Of a stretch of 64,000 bases of DNA, positions 48,824-60,893 are shown in pieces. A program made the position numbers and the translations under genes. Source of the DNA: Catajapyx aquilonaris (lineage: Eukaryota); contig JYFJ02001035.1 of NCBI GenBank assembly GCA_000934665.2, positions 1 to 64,000 on the forward strand, read 5' to 3'. The notes under the pieces are model-generated. The model saw only the letters and a list, made by a program, of their open reading frames with translations, did not search any database and was not told where the DNA came from. How positions within the stretch are numbered: the first letter of the stretch is position 1; each line of letters opens with the position of its first letter.

Positions 48824-50758
48824 TGTTTTGAGGAACCTGCTTCACACTCTCTGCATTTTTCTTCCTCCCAAGACGTAAAACCCGTTCGGAAAATGAACCA
48901 GCACTGGTAATATCGTAAAATTCTGGCCGAAATTGAATTTTCTTTAAGACTAGGAGCGAGCGCGGAACAGGCGAAATTTACGAGAGGCTTGCCGATGAAC
49001 ACCATCTCATTAGGTCGGGTTTTCCCAGAGGTGAGAGGAATGGATATCCTGTGAGTAGCACATATACCTGATTGTGGGCTTCCTAGTTGCATATCAGGGC
49101 ATGAGAAGTTAATTAGGTGTTGCCAGACTTACATAAATTTTAGTTTCATTTTCCTCTCCAAGAACTCCCCTAATCCATTCTTGTGTTTCCTTAGAGGGCA
49201 AACTAGGTTCATATTTCATGAGAGGCCCAAATCTACTGGGTGACGGAGGACATAGCCAGTTGGGTGAGAGAGATCGACCATGTCAGCGAGCTGTGGAGAC
49301 AAATGTGTAATACTACGGTGGGGTTCTGTCGTAAGAGGTGCCTAGTTGAAATTCTGGGATGCGGAGACCCGACTGCCTCTCTCATGAATCCATGAATCGG
49401 CGAGGGCAATCGAGTGGGATTACTGTTGGCATAGATTGACGGCCAGCTGGCTTTCAAATGTCCTGGCAAAGTGGGTCAGCAGGGAACATTTTCCCTCCTT
49501 TTTTTGGGATCCAAACCCTCCCAAATGACCTCTCGCGGATCCGAGAGACTCATCCCGATGAATGACCCCAGATCGCATTTTTTAGGCACTGCGACATGCC
49601 ACGCTTGATGAAACTAGAGGGGGTTTGCCATCTTTTACAGCACAGATCATCCGGAAATCGGCGGTTCCGGAACAAACCTTCTTAAAATTGATGGCCAACC
49701 TAGTAGTTTAAAGTTCTGATCATCATTAAGCATATATGAACTGCCAAATGTGCCTGAAATCCACCCTTTGATCTTAGTTCAAAATTGCTTCCATGCCAAT
49801 ATTTACAGCAATCAATTGTCCACCTAGTAAACTTTTGACATATCAAACAAAATAGGTCCATAATTGTTACAAATCATTTTTTGATCCTTCTTGTTCCAGC
49901 CTATAACCGACAAGCCTGTAAGTTAGGATCCGGAATATTTTAGAGATTAATTTCCTAATCAATGCTGCATGTTGCGAGGCTTAAGGGACCCTTAGGGCAG
50001 ATAACATTTGAAACTAATTTGTACTTGTTTCAGAGCTCCAAAATTCCTTTGTGGACAGGTCATTAGTCTGGAAGCAGACTCGGCCCTATCCTAGAAAAAA
50101 ATGGGTCCTACGGGACTCTGAAGGCTCGGAAAAGGATCGAGAGAGGAAACCGAATTGGGTACCGGTTATATGCTGGGCAAAACCGGTATCGATTTTAGAA
50201 GGTGGGCATGAGGCGAGACATTGGTCCTGTACGCGTGTTAATTGCAGCGAAGATTAATCAATCGGTCTGGTGATTAATTTTCAAATGGTCCTCGATTTTT
50301 CTCTTTTCTAGCAAGTTGCTACAAGTTTGATCAACTTGGCAACAAAGGCCTAGCAATCTTGGACACGAGCCAGTCTCTCGGACTGAACCAGCATGAAAAC
50401 GACCTGTTGATCAGAGAAGGGGCCAAAAGCCTTTCATTGCTCCCAAGAATCCTGTCATCTAAACTGCCCTGCACTTATTCCTTGGTTGTGTTTCCACCGG
50501 CTCGTAACTTACAGGAAGTCCCAGGCTTATCGCCATCTTGGTCCAAAACCTCCCTCACCAAAGTCGGACCCGATATATCGACTTCCATTGTGCTGCTGCG
50601 CCTGAAATGTCCACAGGTCTCTTTTGGGATCGAAGACCATGTTGATAGGAAATTGTTCTGGGCCAAAGCTCTCGGGGGTGAAATGATTTAGGAGTGTATC
50701 GTTTGTTGGTAGAGTAGAATAGGTAGAATGTGTGCTATCTGCATTTTGTTCGATGTGA

Positions 50759-50889
50759 TTTATTGCAATTCCATCCATTTTTAAAGATTTTGAAATCATA
50801 ATTTTCATCAGATCTTCAGGGCTGCATGTGAAGAGTGGCCGGGGACGGCCCGGGGCAAAATCTTTAAAAATGGTTGGAATTGCAATAAA
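50759..50889. repeat. 34-bp inverted repeat (MITE-like or local inversion), 63-nt spacer
   Basis: TTTATTGCAATTCCATCCATTTTTAAAGATTTTG / CAAAATCTTTAAAAATGGTTGGAATTGCAATAAA, one mismatch. Confidence 0.85.
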
Positions 50890-51056
50890 CCCGACGACCC
50901 GGGGACGACCCGGGGGCCACTTTGGATCTTTTTCTTTCAAATTTGTGTTGCGTCCGGTCAGATTTCTCATCGGGTCCTCAGGCTCGCGATCGCCCAAGAT
51001 ATACATATTTTATTCAGTATATGTATTTTTGTAATGATTTAAAATGTATATTATCA

Positions 51057-51230
51057 CCGAAGCCGGTTGGTGTATAATAGTGGTGAAGGAGTCCGACTGA
51101 TAATCGGGAGGTCCTGGGTTCGGTTCCCGGGGCCAGCGATCCTGACTGTGGTTTTCTGTGGTTTTCTATTGTCCCTCCAGGATAATTCAGGGGTCGCATC
51201 CTTCCTCCCTATCCTTGGCCCCATCCATGT
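51057..51230 (+). mobile_element. tRNA-derived SINE, same family as 27343-27566 (3'-truncated)
   Basis: CCGAAGCCGGTTGGTGTA..CCGACTGATAATCGGGAGGTCCTGGGTTCGGTTCCCGGGGCC..CCAGGATAATTCAGGGGTCG..CCCATCCA aligns by eye with the 27.5-kb copy. Confidence 0.8.
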
Positions 51231-53418
51231 GTGCATAAAATTTCAGTGGAATTGAGTGGTAAAATTGTGGTATTCCACCGCCCTAATGGAGCGCTGATTC
51301 TCCCCATGGGATAATTTTTAAAAAATGCTTATTATTGCCTATAAGTAGTAACGGGCGCCATATTGGATCTCAAATGCAGCTTACAAACATTGCATATTTA
51401 AAATACACAATACAATATTTCATTTTAATTGCAGGTCATAATTAGACGTTTCAGCAAGTTTGACGATACTTTTTAAACTCCACTAACTTTTTCAGATTCG
51501 GTAAATTTTTTTTCTGTGGCCATCTGGCTCTAATTTGCGTGAGAAGCAATGCTTTATCAACATCGCTTCCCAATTAGTGGGTAACCGCAACTTGGTGGCC
51601 TACCAGCTTCCAGAGAAAATTTTCAAGCTTCAACTTTTTCTTACGACCCCTGCGCTTCTTGACTGGAAAACTTTTTGGGCAATTGCTTTTCGGATGGAAA
51701 TGGCCTCCGGGTTCGTTCCCACCTACATTACATACATAGCCTCGAGGTGCCTGGAATTTCTCCGGATGTTGGCTCACAAAAGGACTCGTTTCAATCCTAA
51801 CCGTCGGTCTCAATATGGCGCCTGCGCATACCTTCCACAAGTGACAAGGGCCGACAATTCCCTTCATTGAATTTGGAGTTCCCAGGCAGCTTCCGATGTG
51901 TGACGTGCATTCAGAATGGACAGGCCACATTCCGAATCAATTTTCTGTGTACGATACCTTGAATATAGTAGATACCACTTCTGGGGGAATCGCTTTAAAA
52001 AGAAATACGACCTCATCATCTTTCGTCGCCCCTTTTTTGTGGCTTCCAGGCCCGATTTTCGTCTCGTCTGAAAAATACCTGCCCTCGATTTTTGCCACTT
52101 TATTGGGTTTAAATGTAAATCTAAATGGGAAATTTTCCGGTGGAGCGCCTGCAATTCTTGGAAACATTGGCTGCCATCAGGCTGTCGGAGCAAAAAGCCT
52201 ATCAACTGCATGCAAGTCTATTGATTTACATATAGGAAAATGTGTGACACTATGATTGTTAACGCCTAATTTTGCACAGAAGGTCTACATGTGTCTGAAT
52301 GCTATGAAAGCCTTTCGTATATTTCGGAACAATATATGGAAATGAATTCCATTACCTCCATATCCCCTACAGAGTTGTAATGAGATATGAGCCGCATGGT
52401 AGAGGGCTCTGAGGCTTGTGTAACCGACAAGAAAGATTTGAAGCCGGTTGTGAGGCTTTTTGGGGCGGAAATCCCGCCTCGTAAAACCCGGCATAACTCT
52501 CTCCATATACGACGCTGATTCTAGATACATGAATTTTAAAAAACGGTTGTGTTCCAAGGTACGCCATACATTATCAACACTGTTTATAAAGTCAATACTG
52601 TGCTCAAAGTTCGAATGATCAAAATTTGATGCACGGTTAGGTCAGGGTCCAAGTTAAAAGGGTGGTCAGGTTTACCAAACACTTTAGTGTCGTTTTCCCT
52701 GGTCCCCACAAGTGCTTTTGTGCAAGCTTGTAGTGCAGAGCATGTTGACTCATCATTTGATCCGACAGAGGTCACACTCTAAAAAATGTTGGCAAGATGG
52801 AACTTCCTAAGTTGAGTTCAAAACTCGTGGGAATCAAGTTGAGGGCAGGATGTGGACCACTAACCGCGTTATCAAGTTTTTATCTGGTTGGGATGCTGGG
52901 CCGACCAAATTAAATGGGGCTTTCCATTTTTTCGGGTATCCCCCCGTCTGGCCGGCCGTGTTCATTAAGCACCACATAATTGAGGGGACTAAAACATATC
53001 TGCGGCGGGGGCTATGGACATTATCGCAACATCTGTTAATGAAATCACACAAGTGTATAGGCATAGAACCGCGCTTTCGTTTCCATAGCATCATCGCATC
53101 AGCAGAGTTGAAAACTAAACATTTCCCACTACTATGGGGGGTACCGGCTATAGGGGGAGGGGGGGAAATACTATAAAAAATTGTTCCTCCCTGCTAATGC
53201 TAGTTGATATTCGTGTACGGTATGACACACAAGAGACTAGTTGGTGGTAATCGATACACGTCCATGCAGTCCATTTTCACGTGAAATGTGGGATGGGTGG
53301 AAAACCGGTGGAAACATTCATATTTCATCCGACTCGCAACATTCCATCTTGGGGCCTCGAGTAAGGCAACTCCGGAGTCTGTCTGAATTTTTTATCCGGA
53401 AATGTTTCGTACTTGATG

Positions 53419-53476
53419 GCGGATTCCGTTTCAGACGGATCTGCACCGTTGCAGATCTGTCTGAAACGGAATCCGC
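53419..53476. repeat. 27-bp near-perfect hairpin with 4-nt loop
   Basis: GCGGATTCCGTTTCAGACGGATCTGCA-CCGT-TGCAGATCTGTCTGAAACGGAATCCGC; the single deviation is a G:U pair on the + strand. Confidence 0.9.
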
Positions 53477-53537
53477 TAAGTACCACTGAATTAGCCACTT
53501 CTTAGGCTTAGATATCCGTACAATTCGCTTATCTGGG

Positions 53538-53672
53538 CCCTAGCGTCCTCGAGCAGCCTAGCGTCCTCGAGCAGCCTAGCGTCCTCGAGAAGCCTAGCGT
53601 CCTCGAGAAGCCTAGCGTCCTAGCGCAGCCACGTCCTCGCGCAGCCACGTCCTCGCGCAACCACGTCCTCGC
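53538..53672. repeat. Minisatellite shifting from an 18-bp unit (CCTAGCGTCCTCGAGCAG) to a 16-bp unit (CCACGTCCTCGCGCAG)
   Basis: About five 18-mers followed by three 16-mers, read directly. Confidence 0.9.
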
Positions 53673-55699
53673 GGGCTATTGTGTTCATTTTCTCACTAGA
53701 AAAATATTTTTAAAAAATTACTTGCATATTTTTTGGCCTTTAACTCTACCATAATTGTTATTAAGGCCAGTGCTGAAAATTATTTCTCCTCAACTAATTT
53801 CCCAACAACAAGAATGACCCACCAGCATTTTGAACCTGACAGGTAATCTTGGTCTGTGATATAGATGCGTGCTTGAACCCAGAGCGAGATGAGAATCCTG
53901 GGGAACACTTGAGGTGGAGAAGTGGTGGGGACATGTGTAACTGGATGTGTGCTTTTGCGGCAGACGAGGGGAATACACATGGGCCGAATACGCCGAGCCT
54001 TTTGCCTTCGCCCCAAGTATTAGTCCGTCTGCCAAATGGCCAATTTGGCCTCTGGACTGCCGGACGTTGCCAGTCCCAAATTGGGCTCTTCGTCACGACC
54101 ATTGCCCTTTTCGGACTGCGACTCGGGAGTTGGACGGAAGAATAAGCGTGGACAAGTGTCGCTCACGTACTGCCTCAAATGTGCGTTGCTTGCATTTTTA
54201 TGCATGCCAATGCGGACTGTTTGAGCAGACCTCTGGTTCCAACGGAGAGGGAGACACCAATTTGCTGGGTGTCAAAGGACCTCGTAGCAGACTGGGGGAA
54301 AGAAAAGCTGATTACCGTCGACTCACCTTCCTCGATTAATCCAAATTGATTCATGCTAGTTCCATTAGGTGGGACTAGGAGGGTCGGAATAACAATCACC
54401 TGATGCTCGGGAGTCCGACTTTTCAATTTTAAATGGCTGCTTAGCGATAAATCAAAAGGGAAGTACTTAAAGTTTAAGTTGGAACAAGTGTTATTCCAGC
54501 CACTAGAAGTTTTTGCCTTATCTATAAAAATTTGCATGCCAACTATGGATGTATGGCAGACCAAAACACTGACATATCAACACAAGCGACGTCAGCGTGT
54601 AAGCCGAGCTATGTGTACAGTTGTGCGGCAGCAAATTGTTTGATTATCTTGTGTACACTAAAGTCAACATTGGCCATGAGAGGAAGAGCTTCATTTGCAA
54701 ATAAGCAGATGCTGAATTATTCAGTTGAAGTTCTGTGATGCAACAGTGTACTGTAGTTAGATAAATGCCCACTTTAATCAGTTGACTTGTCACTATCCAT
54801 TACTCTTTCTGTTTTTGTTGAGTTCACTGCAATTTTTTGGTGTGCTACGACATGTTGCGGCAGAAATTATGGTGTGTCCGAGTTTATTGGCCTGTCGGAA
54901 GAAGAGAGATGTTGAAAAATAGAAACGTCCGTTACCATTCTGTCATCCGGGTTACTTGTCTGCAAAAATTTTCGACCCCTCCACTCGTGTAGTTTGTCAT
55001 GCACTACAGTGTCAGCTTCTATGATCAATAGTTGCTCGACCCCCCCTACTATGCACTGTTATCACTAATCAGGCCTGAAATTGCATTCGCACCTCTATAA
55101 CCAGTACAGGAACACCCCCAGGTTGCCTATTACTAAAGGAGCTTCACGAAAGTTTTGGGGATGCCCCTCAGCAACTAGGGAAAGGAAATGCAAATAACTG
55201 GGCACCTCCCTGGTCATAGTCCCATAATGAGATTTCCTCCCGTTCGTTGGACGTAATTCAATAGGCGACCAAATGACGGGGACTGAATACGGTTAGCATC
55301 TCCAAATAGCTCTCCGCGGATGATAACATGTCGCGGACCCACTCTGATTTTCTCCGCCTTTGCACACAGCCCTGCGGAAAATCTGCAGGGAAACGGGTGC
55401 TCATTAGCCCCAAACGGACTCGAGGATTATACCAAAAATATATTGTGCGAAAGAGAGTCGCCAGAGGGGACCTAGCGGATAATTACACTTCTTCTGAGCA
55501 GTTTTGAAACAAAAACAGGGCAGTAGTAGGGGGACAAAAACAGGCTTCGGGCAGGTGCGGCTTATAGCTGCTTATATCGATATGCTACTGTTTTCTTGTT
55601 CGTAAATACTCAGAATGAGATAAATGCTTTGTTAAACCATGTATTGATAAGCTATTGTTATATGGACACCAAAGAAGATCCGGGTCGGCGAGACACTGT

Positions 55700-55782
55700 T
55701 GCGCGCAAGGCTGCGCGCGATGCTGGCCGCGATGCTGGCCGCGATGCTGGCCGCGATGCTCACCGCGAGGCTGCGCGCGCGA
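55700..55782. repeat. GC-rich 12-bp minisatellite (GCGATGCTGGCC)n
   Basis: Three perfect units with degenerate flanks. Confidence 0.85.
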
Positions 55783-57512
55783 CACCAGGTGTTCGCGACT
55801 TCTGTATATACCGCGATATAACGTTCTCTCTAGAGTTCTCTAGAGATTCTCAGTTGCAGTTCCTGCTTTATCCTGAATCTTGGCCAAAAATTAACTGCAA
55901 TGTTTATCATTGCGATCTCCGCCTTCTGATAGATCGGCCCTGAGAATAATTAAGCCCTGATTTAAGAGCAAACTTGAGAGGAAAAGGCGGAGAGAGTAGG
56001 AGACTAATTGCCTGGAAAAGGGATCATCAAGAGGCATCCTGCAGCTTGTGGCTTTCGACACCCCGACTAACTTGTCGTCTCGTTAGCACTTCATTAAACC
56101 TTCCTCTTATTTACTTTTCCACCCGATCCCTCCCATTATAAAGCTTATCTAGAGGCTGCGGAAAATCCACGCCAGACTCACCTGAGGGGGTGGGGAAAAA
56201 TACGTTATTCGGGAGCCAGAGCGAGGGCTGCTGGAAATGGTGTATGTATGGAGAACTTGGTTCTGTCTGCTGCCCCACGGGTGCATTACTGGAATCAATA
56301 GGTACGGAGAAGATATTGCCAAAGGATGAGACCACCGACGTTTCTTAGAGCTCTGAAGAAAGTCATATGAAAAAACTACATGGACATTTTTTTGGCACAA
56401 AAATACAGATTTTAGGTATATATTGTACTGAAATAATGATGAATAGCTCAAAATAATATCTGACAGTGGGCAGAGAGCCTGTTGGGGAGGGACTAAACAG
56501 GATCAGACATTTCTGATCAGTACTGCATGAAGACTGATCTACATGCTATTGTACCCAGTAAGTTCCGGAAACAGGGGATAAGAAGAAGCAATTTGTGCCC
56601 AAGACTGGATGCTGGTTTGTTGGGGGTGACTGGGGGCCAATCAGCTTTCACTTATCGTCCGGAAAGAGCAAACGGAGCCGTCTTGGTGATTGAACCGGGG
56701 AAAGACGAAAGAAGAAGAAGTAGTAGAAAGAAAAGAAGCGGCAGTCTGAGCAAACAGGAAAGCGTGCGAAGCTCTTTTGAAAGCCGATTAGAGACTAAAA
56801 CTTCTCCGGTTGTAATTCCATGAGAATCTTTGGTGCACTTCTCATCTGCCCAAAGACAGGCACCCCCCTTTTAAGAATAAAAGGGGCAGTGTCCGATATC
56901 AGTTGGTCAAATTTTGTTCCGTGACAGACCTTGTTATGCTACCGTAATGATTTTGTCTCCTAAGAACTGGGCTTGCTGTATAGGAAAGAAATGTTATCAG
57001 GTTCACATCTTGAGATAGTCTGCACCCCCTTGAAGTCATAAACCGCTGAACGACATGCTGCCAGGAAATAATGAACGTCAAGGATAGCTTTCTTGAAAGT
57101 GCCACAGCTTTTAATTAATCCAAGGGCTTGAAATATATTGCAATTTCCGGGAGTTACTGATACGTTAAATGCCACATCTTTACTGGGATTTGCTCGTGTC
57201 TCAGTCGAGGACTTTCCATTACTCTACCAGCGGTTTTGGAGTGAACTAATAACATTAACTGGATGAGAGCGAATCAGGCCAATAGATGTGCGGATAACGT
57301 TAGGTTTTTATGTACATTGGCAGGATTAGTTGTAAATGAAATCTGAGGTTAAGTGACACTAAACAGTAGATATTCAATTATTTATAGCAATCATTGTTAC
57401 TATTAAATATATTCTGGGACATTCACAGTCTTCAACTGCAACATATTTCTTCATCCTAGAAAATTTTAACATGTAATTTAATTTTACTAATATATCTTTA
57501 ATATTGAATATT

Positions 57513-57790
57513 CCGGGGAGGTGTAGATGGCCGTGATGGTAACGTCACGGCTTGCTGAGTGAAAGGCCCCAGGTTCGATCCCCGCCTGGGGAACTTTCCT
57601 TTCACCTGCGTCAGGAGGGTCTCTGACCTGCACCAAGGAGGTGTCTGGCAACCTAACCTCCTGGGGAACAGCACATAACCCCTTTACCGACCTTGCACTT
57701 GCACCACATGTTCCCTCCTCAAAAATCCCTATATCCTTACCCCATGTCCTTTCATCCTTGCACCGGTGAGCGAAGAAAAAATAGTACACA
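57513..57790 (+). mobile_element. Second family of tRNA-derived SINE-like element
   Basis: Abrupt GC-rich start in an AT-rich flank; A-box-like TGGCCGTGATGG, B box GGTTCGATCCC (57572-57582) inside CCCCAGG/CCTGGGG stem, then ~200 nt non-tRNA body ending A-rich. No proper acceptor stem; 3' end approximate. Confidence 0.65.
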
Positions 57791-59208
57791 GTTACTAGAA
57801 AACTGATGGTGGTGTGCCACCCCCCTAAAATGGCTCCGCCTTATCACGGGGTAACGTAAAAAAAAAAAATTTGAATATTCCTTTACGTGGTACTTTATTA
57901 TCATCATGAAACTATTCATCTTTATCACTTTTCTGCCTTTGTAAAGCTACTATCGTTAATAGTAGCGAAAAGTATGGTGAATAACCGACCCTTGCTTCCC
58001 ACTTAAATCGATTTATGGTATTTTCGTGATCCTTGACTAAGGTATAGTTATTTTTATGACAGTGTTTAACCAGCTATAATACCACCCATTAATATAATAC
58101 GCTCCGGCTATTTTCAGAAGCTCAAGCGACAATTAAGCTGCGGTTGTACCAAGCTATAATTACTCCAAGCTCCGAATAAATTTGAAACTTTTTAAAATAG
58201 CTACTAACTTAATTTTTAATATGCAACAATGACATTAATGAGATATTGCGATATTCCAGCACAGTACATCCGTGCATCATCCCCAATAACGGATGTTTTG
58301 ATAAGAACCTCTCCTAAAATTGCATGTAAATTCTCATCTATTTCCATTTATCAGTTCCCAATTTGTAATACCATCTATAATTGAATCATTTCGCACATTA
58401 GCCTGAATATCTGTGGGTGATCGTGTGGGACCGACAAGATCACATTAGCAGTAAAATGCTCACAGCGCACGAAAGTCAAGATTCATCCCGATTATTTGCA
58501 GCATCTTGGAATTTCATTAACCCTGATCGAGTCTCCAGAACGCAATTTGTGTGTGCGACGTATAGGAAGGAGCCTGAGAATCAATATTTGGCTTGATGTG
58601 AACCAGGAGGTGGTATATATGTATAGAAAGGACTGTTCTAAGGAATGCATTTTTAGTGCAAGAATATGGCTGAACTCCGGACAATCATTTTGGTGGTGAG
58701 TGTCTAATGGCGTTGGAAATTGAGGAAAGGACTAATAAAATCGTAGGTGCCGATAACCAAGCTACCTACCCCCCCCCCCCTTATCTTCAACCTGCTAGTT
58801 ATGGCTTGATTGCGTTAATTATGTGCACGAAGAGGTTAATGTGCGCTACATTTCGGCCCATATAGTTGTTATGCACCAGGTGTGAAAGGTTACGAAAAGT
58901 TTCATACCTGACAACGGTTTTCTCTGGTGAAAAACAGACCTAATGTGACACGGCTGCCACATGAAATAAATAGCATGGACTACACAGTCAGATGAGCAGA
59001 AATAATGGTATTTTTGACGTGAGGCTTGGATCCAAGTCCATGCCACTGTTATAATTTATAAGCTGCTATTTTTAAAACTCTGGCATGTGGAAAAAGACCT
59101 CTCCAATACACCCGCTATTTAGCCGTAAACTGTCCACATAATGGTCATTAACTTCTGGCTTATATGAGCTGAAATTAAGTTACAGGTTGAGTGATCTAAC
59201 CAAATATT

Positions 59209-59441
59209 TAGTGAAACCCAGTGGACACTGTGACGGTTCCAAGAAAAGTGTCCAACATAAAGGTGTCCAACATATTAAGATTTCAATCTATGGGCTTTCA
59301 TAGTGCAGTACAGTAGACCTAATGCACTTGTCCAACTTAAGAGGGGGAAAAGATAGAGGGGTGTGCAACTTAGCAACATTGGGAGATAGGCTTTTTTATG
59401 GTTCCAACATAGGGAGGTGTCCAATTTAACAGGTTTCACTG
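59209..59441. mobile_element. Non-autonomous pogo/Tigger-like (Tc1-mariner superfamily) MITE
   Basis: Ends TAGTGAAACC.. and ..GGTTTCACTG followed by TA; internal repeats of GTGTCCAAC(A/T)TA. Confidence 0.6.
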
Positions 59442-60725
59442 TATTTTTTAATACATTTTTGAATTTTAAAAACTAGGAAAAAGAATCGTTCAAGTTGTGT
59501 TGTACGCTGTTAATTATCAGCACTTTCCAAAACTTTCTTACATTCCTCGATTCACACCCACACCCCCCCCAAGCTTAATGAAAATCGTGCTCGAAAACGG
59601 ACCAAAAAATCAGCTCGAAATCACAGAACTCTACAGAACAGTTGCCCTAAACTGCACGTACATATTTGCTCCAGAATCTGCGGCTGCAAGCTGGCACAAT
59701 TTAACATCAGAACTTGGGTCCCGGGCTGATGAGGCTTATCATTAACGAAAAGCGTGCGACTGACAGCGTACCCAACGCACCCCTCCCACCATAGTGTGCA
59801 TTTTTTTGGGGGAAAACAAATCCCTAGGGCATGCATTTGAGAAGAATTCCATCTGGGTCGTCTGCAAGTGTCGTAGCGATCATTTGGAAACTCGTTCGGT
59901 CGTTACCCGCTAACGACGTGCCTCGCAACTTGGGGATTTCCAACATAATTTCCCATCAGTCGATACCATCAAAGAAACACCAGTAAAAAAAATTTATGAT
60001 CAAAAAATGGTTGAATAAAGGTATATATTCCACTAGGATCCTTGCATGATGCAACCCAAATTACAAAATGCTGTTTCGTAGCGTTGGTATGGCGACGCTC
60101 AAAATGGGAAAAAAATATTGTCAACCAAAAATTTCATCATGGTGTAAAAATTTCATGATGCAATATTCATCCTTTTTCACATACAACGAGTTCTAGGATA
60201 AAACCTTCAATATATGAATAACCCTGCGCTTTTTGGCAAGGGAAGAGAAAATCAATGGCAGCCTCCAAGTAGAGGAGTGCAATTGGAGCAATCGCGCGTA
60301 TTCAAGATGCCTATCGGCCACTCGTCGGCCCTGATGAGAAATGGAAAGTTCTGAGAGGATCCAGAGCTAGAAGCCGCACTCCAGGCGCACTCATTACCTT
60401 TTTCATCAGAGTGCAACCCAGGGAAATGAAGGAGAAGAATAAATTGCGTCCTCTTTGCTTGCCATCACTGCTCTGATTGAGACAACGAGAGGGCTGCCCG
60501 CATTTGTTTCGACCCCCAGGAGGGTGATGGAGCCCTTTTAAGAAAACAGGCACAGGGAGTGTCAAAATATGTGAAATATAGGCGCCACTGACAAATCAGT
60601 CAAAAAGAATATATTGTTGTGTTGAGGTGTTGGTGAAGCAGTAGAAACCAGTCTGAAATTAGACAACAAAAACTTTGGCAATTAGGCATTTGTCCCTCAA
60701 ATTTAGGTATGCGAAAATGAGATAG

Positions 60726-60893
60726 TCAAGTTCACCCCATCCCTACCCTACACCGAAGGAAAAAAAATTCGAAATCGTGGGTTAATCTACATACGTAAAC
60801 ATTAAAGTTTGGATTTTTTTCCTTAGGTGTAGGGTAGAGTAGGCTAGGGTAGGCTAGGCCAGGGTAGGGTATAGGGTATGGGAGTGAGCTTGA
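60726..60893. mobile_element. Palindromic MITE-like element with internal (TAGGG/TAGGC) expansion
   Basis: TCAAGTTCACCCCATCCCTACCCTACACCGAAGGAAAAAAAATT pairs imperfectly with ATTTTTTTCCTTAGGTGTAGGGTAG..AGGGTATGGGAGTGAGCTTGA. Confidence 0.6.

Noticed and set aside
49621..49702. Short GGTT(T/G)GCCATC inverted ends suggesting a tiny MITE (similar at 24528-24759)
   Set aside because: Only ~11-bp imperfect match and no clear TSD.
54080..54125. VTTIALFG as a K2P pore remnant
   Set aside because: Lacks G(Y/F)G and the preceding pore-helix consensus.
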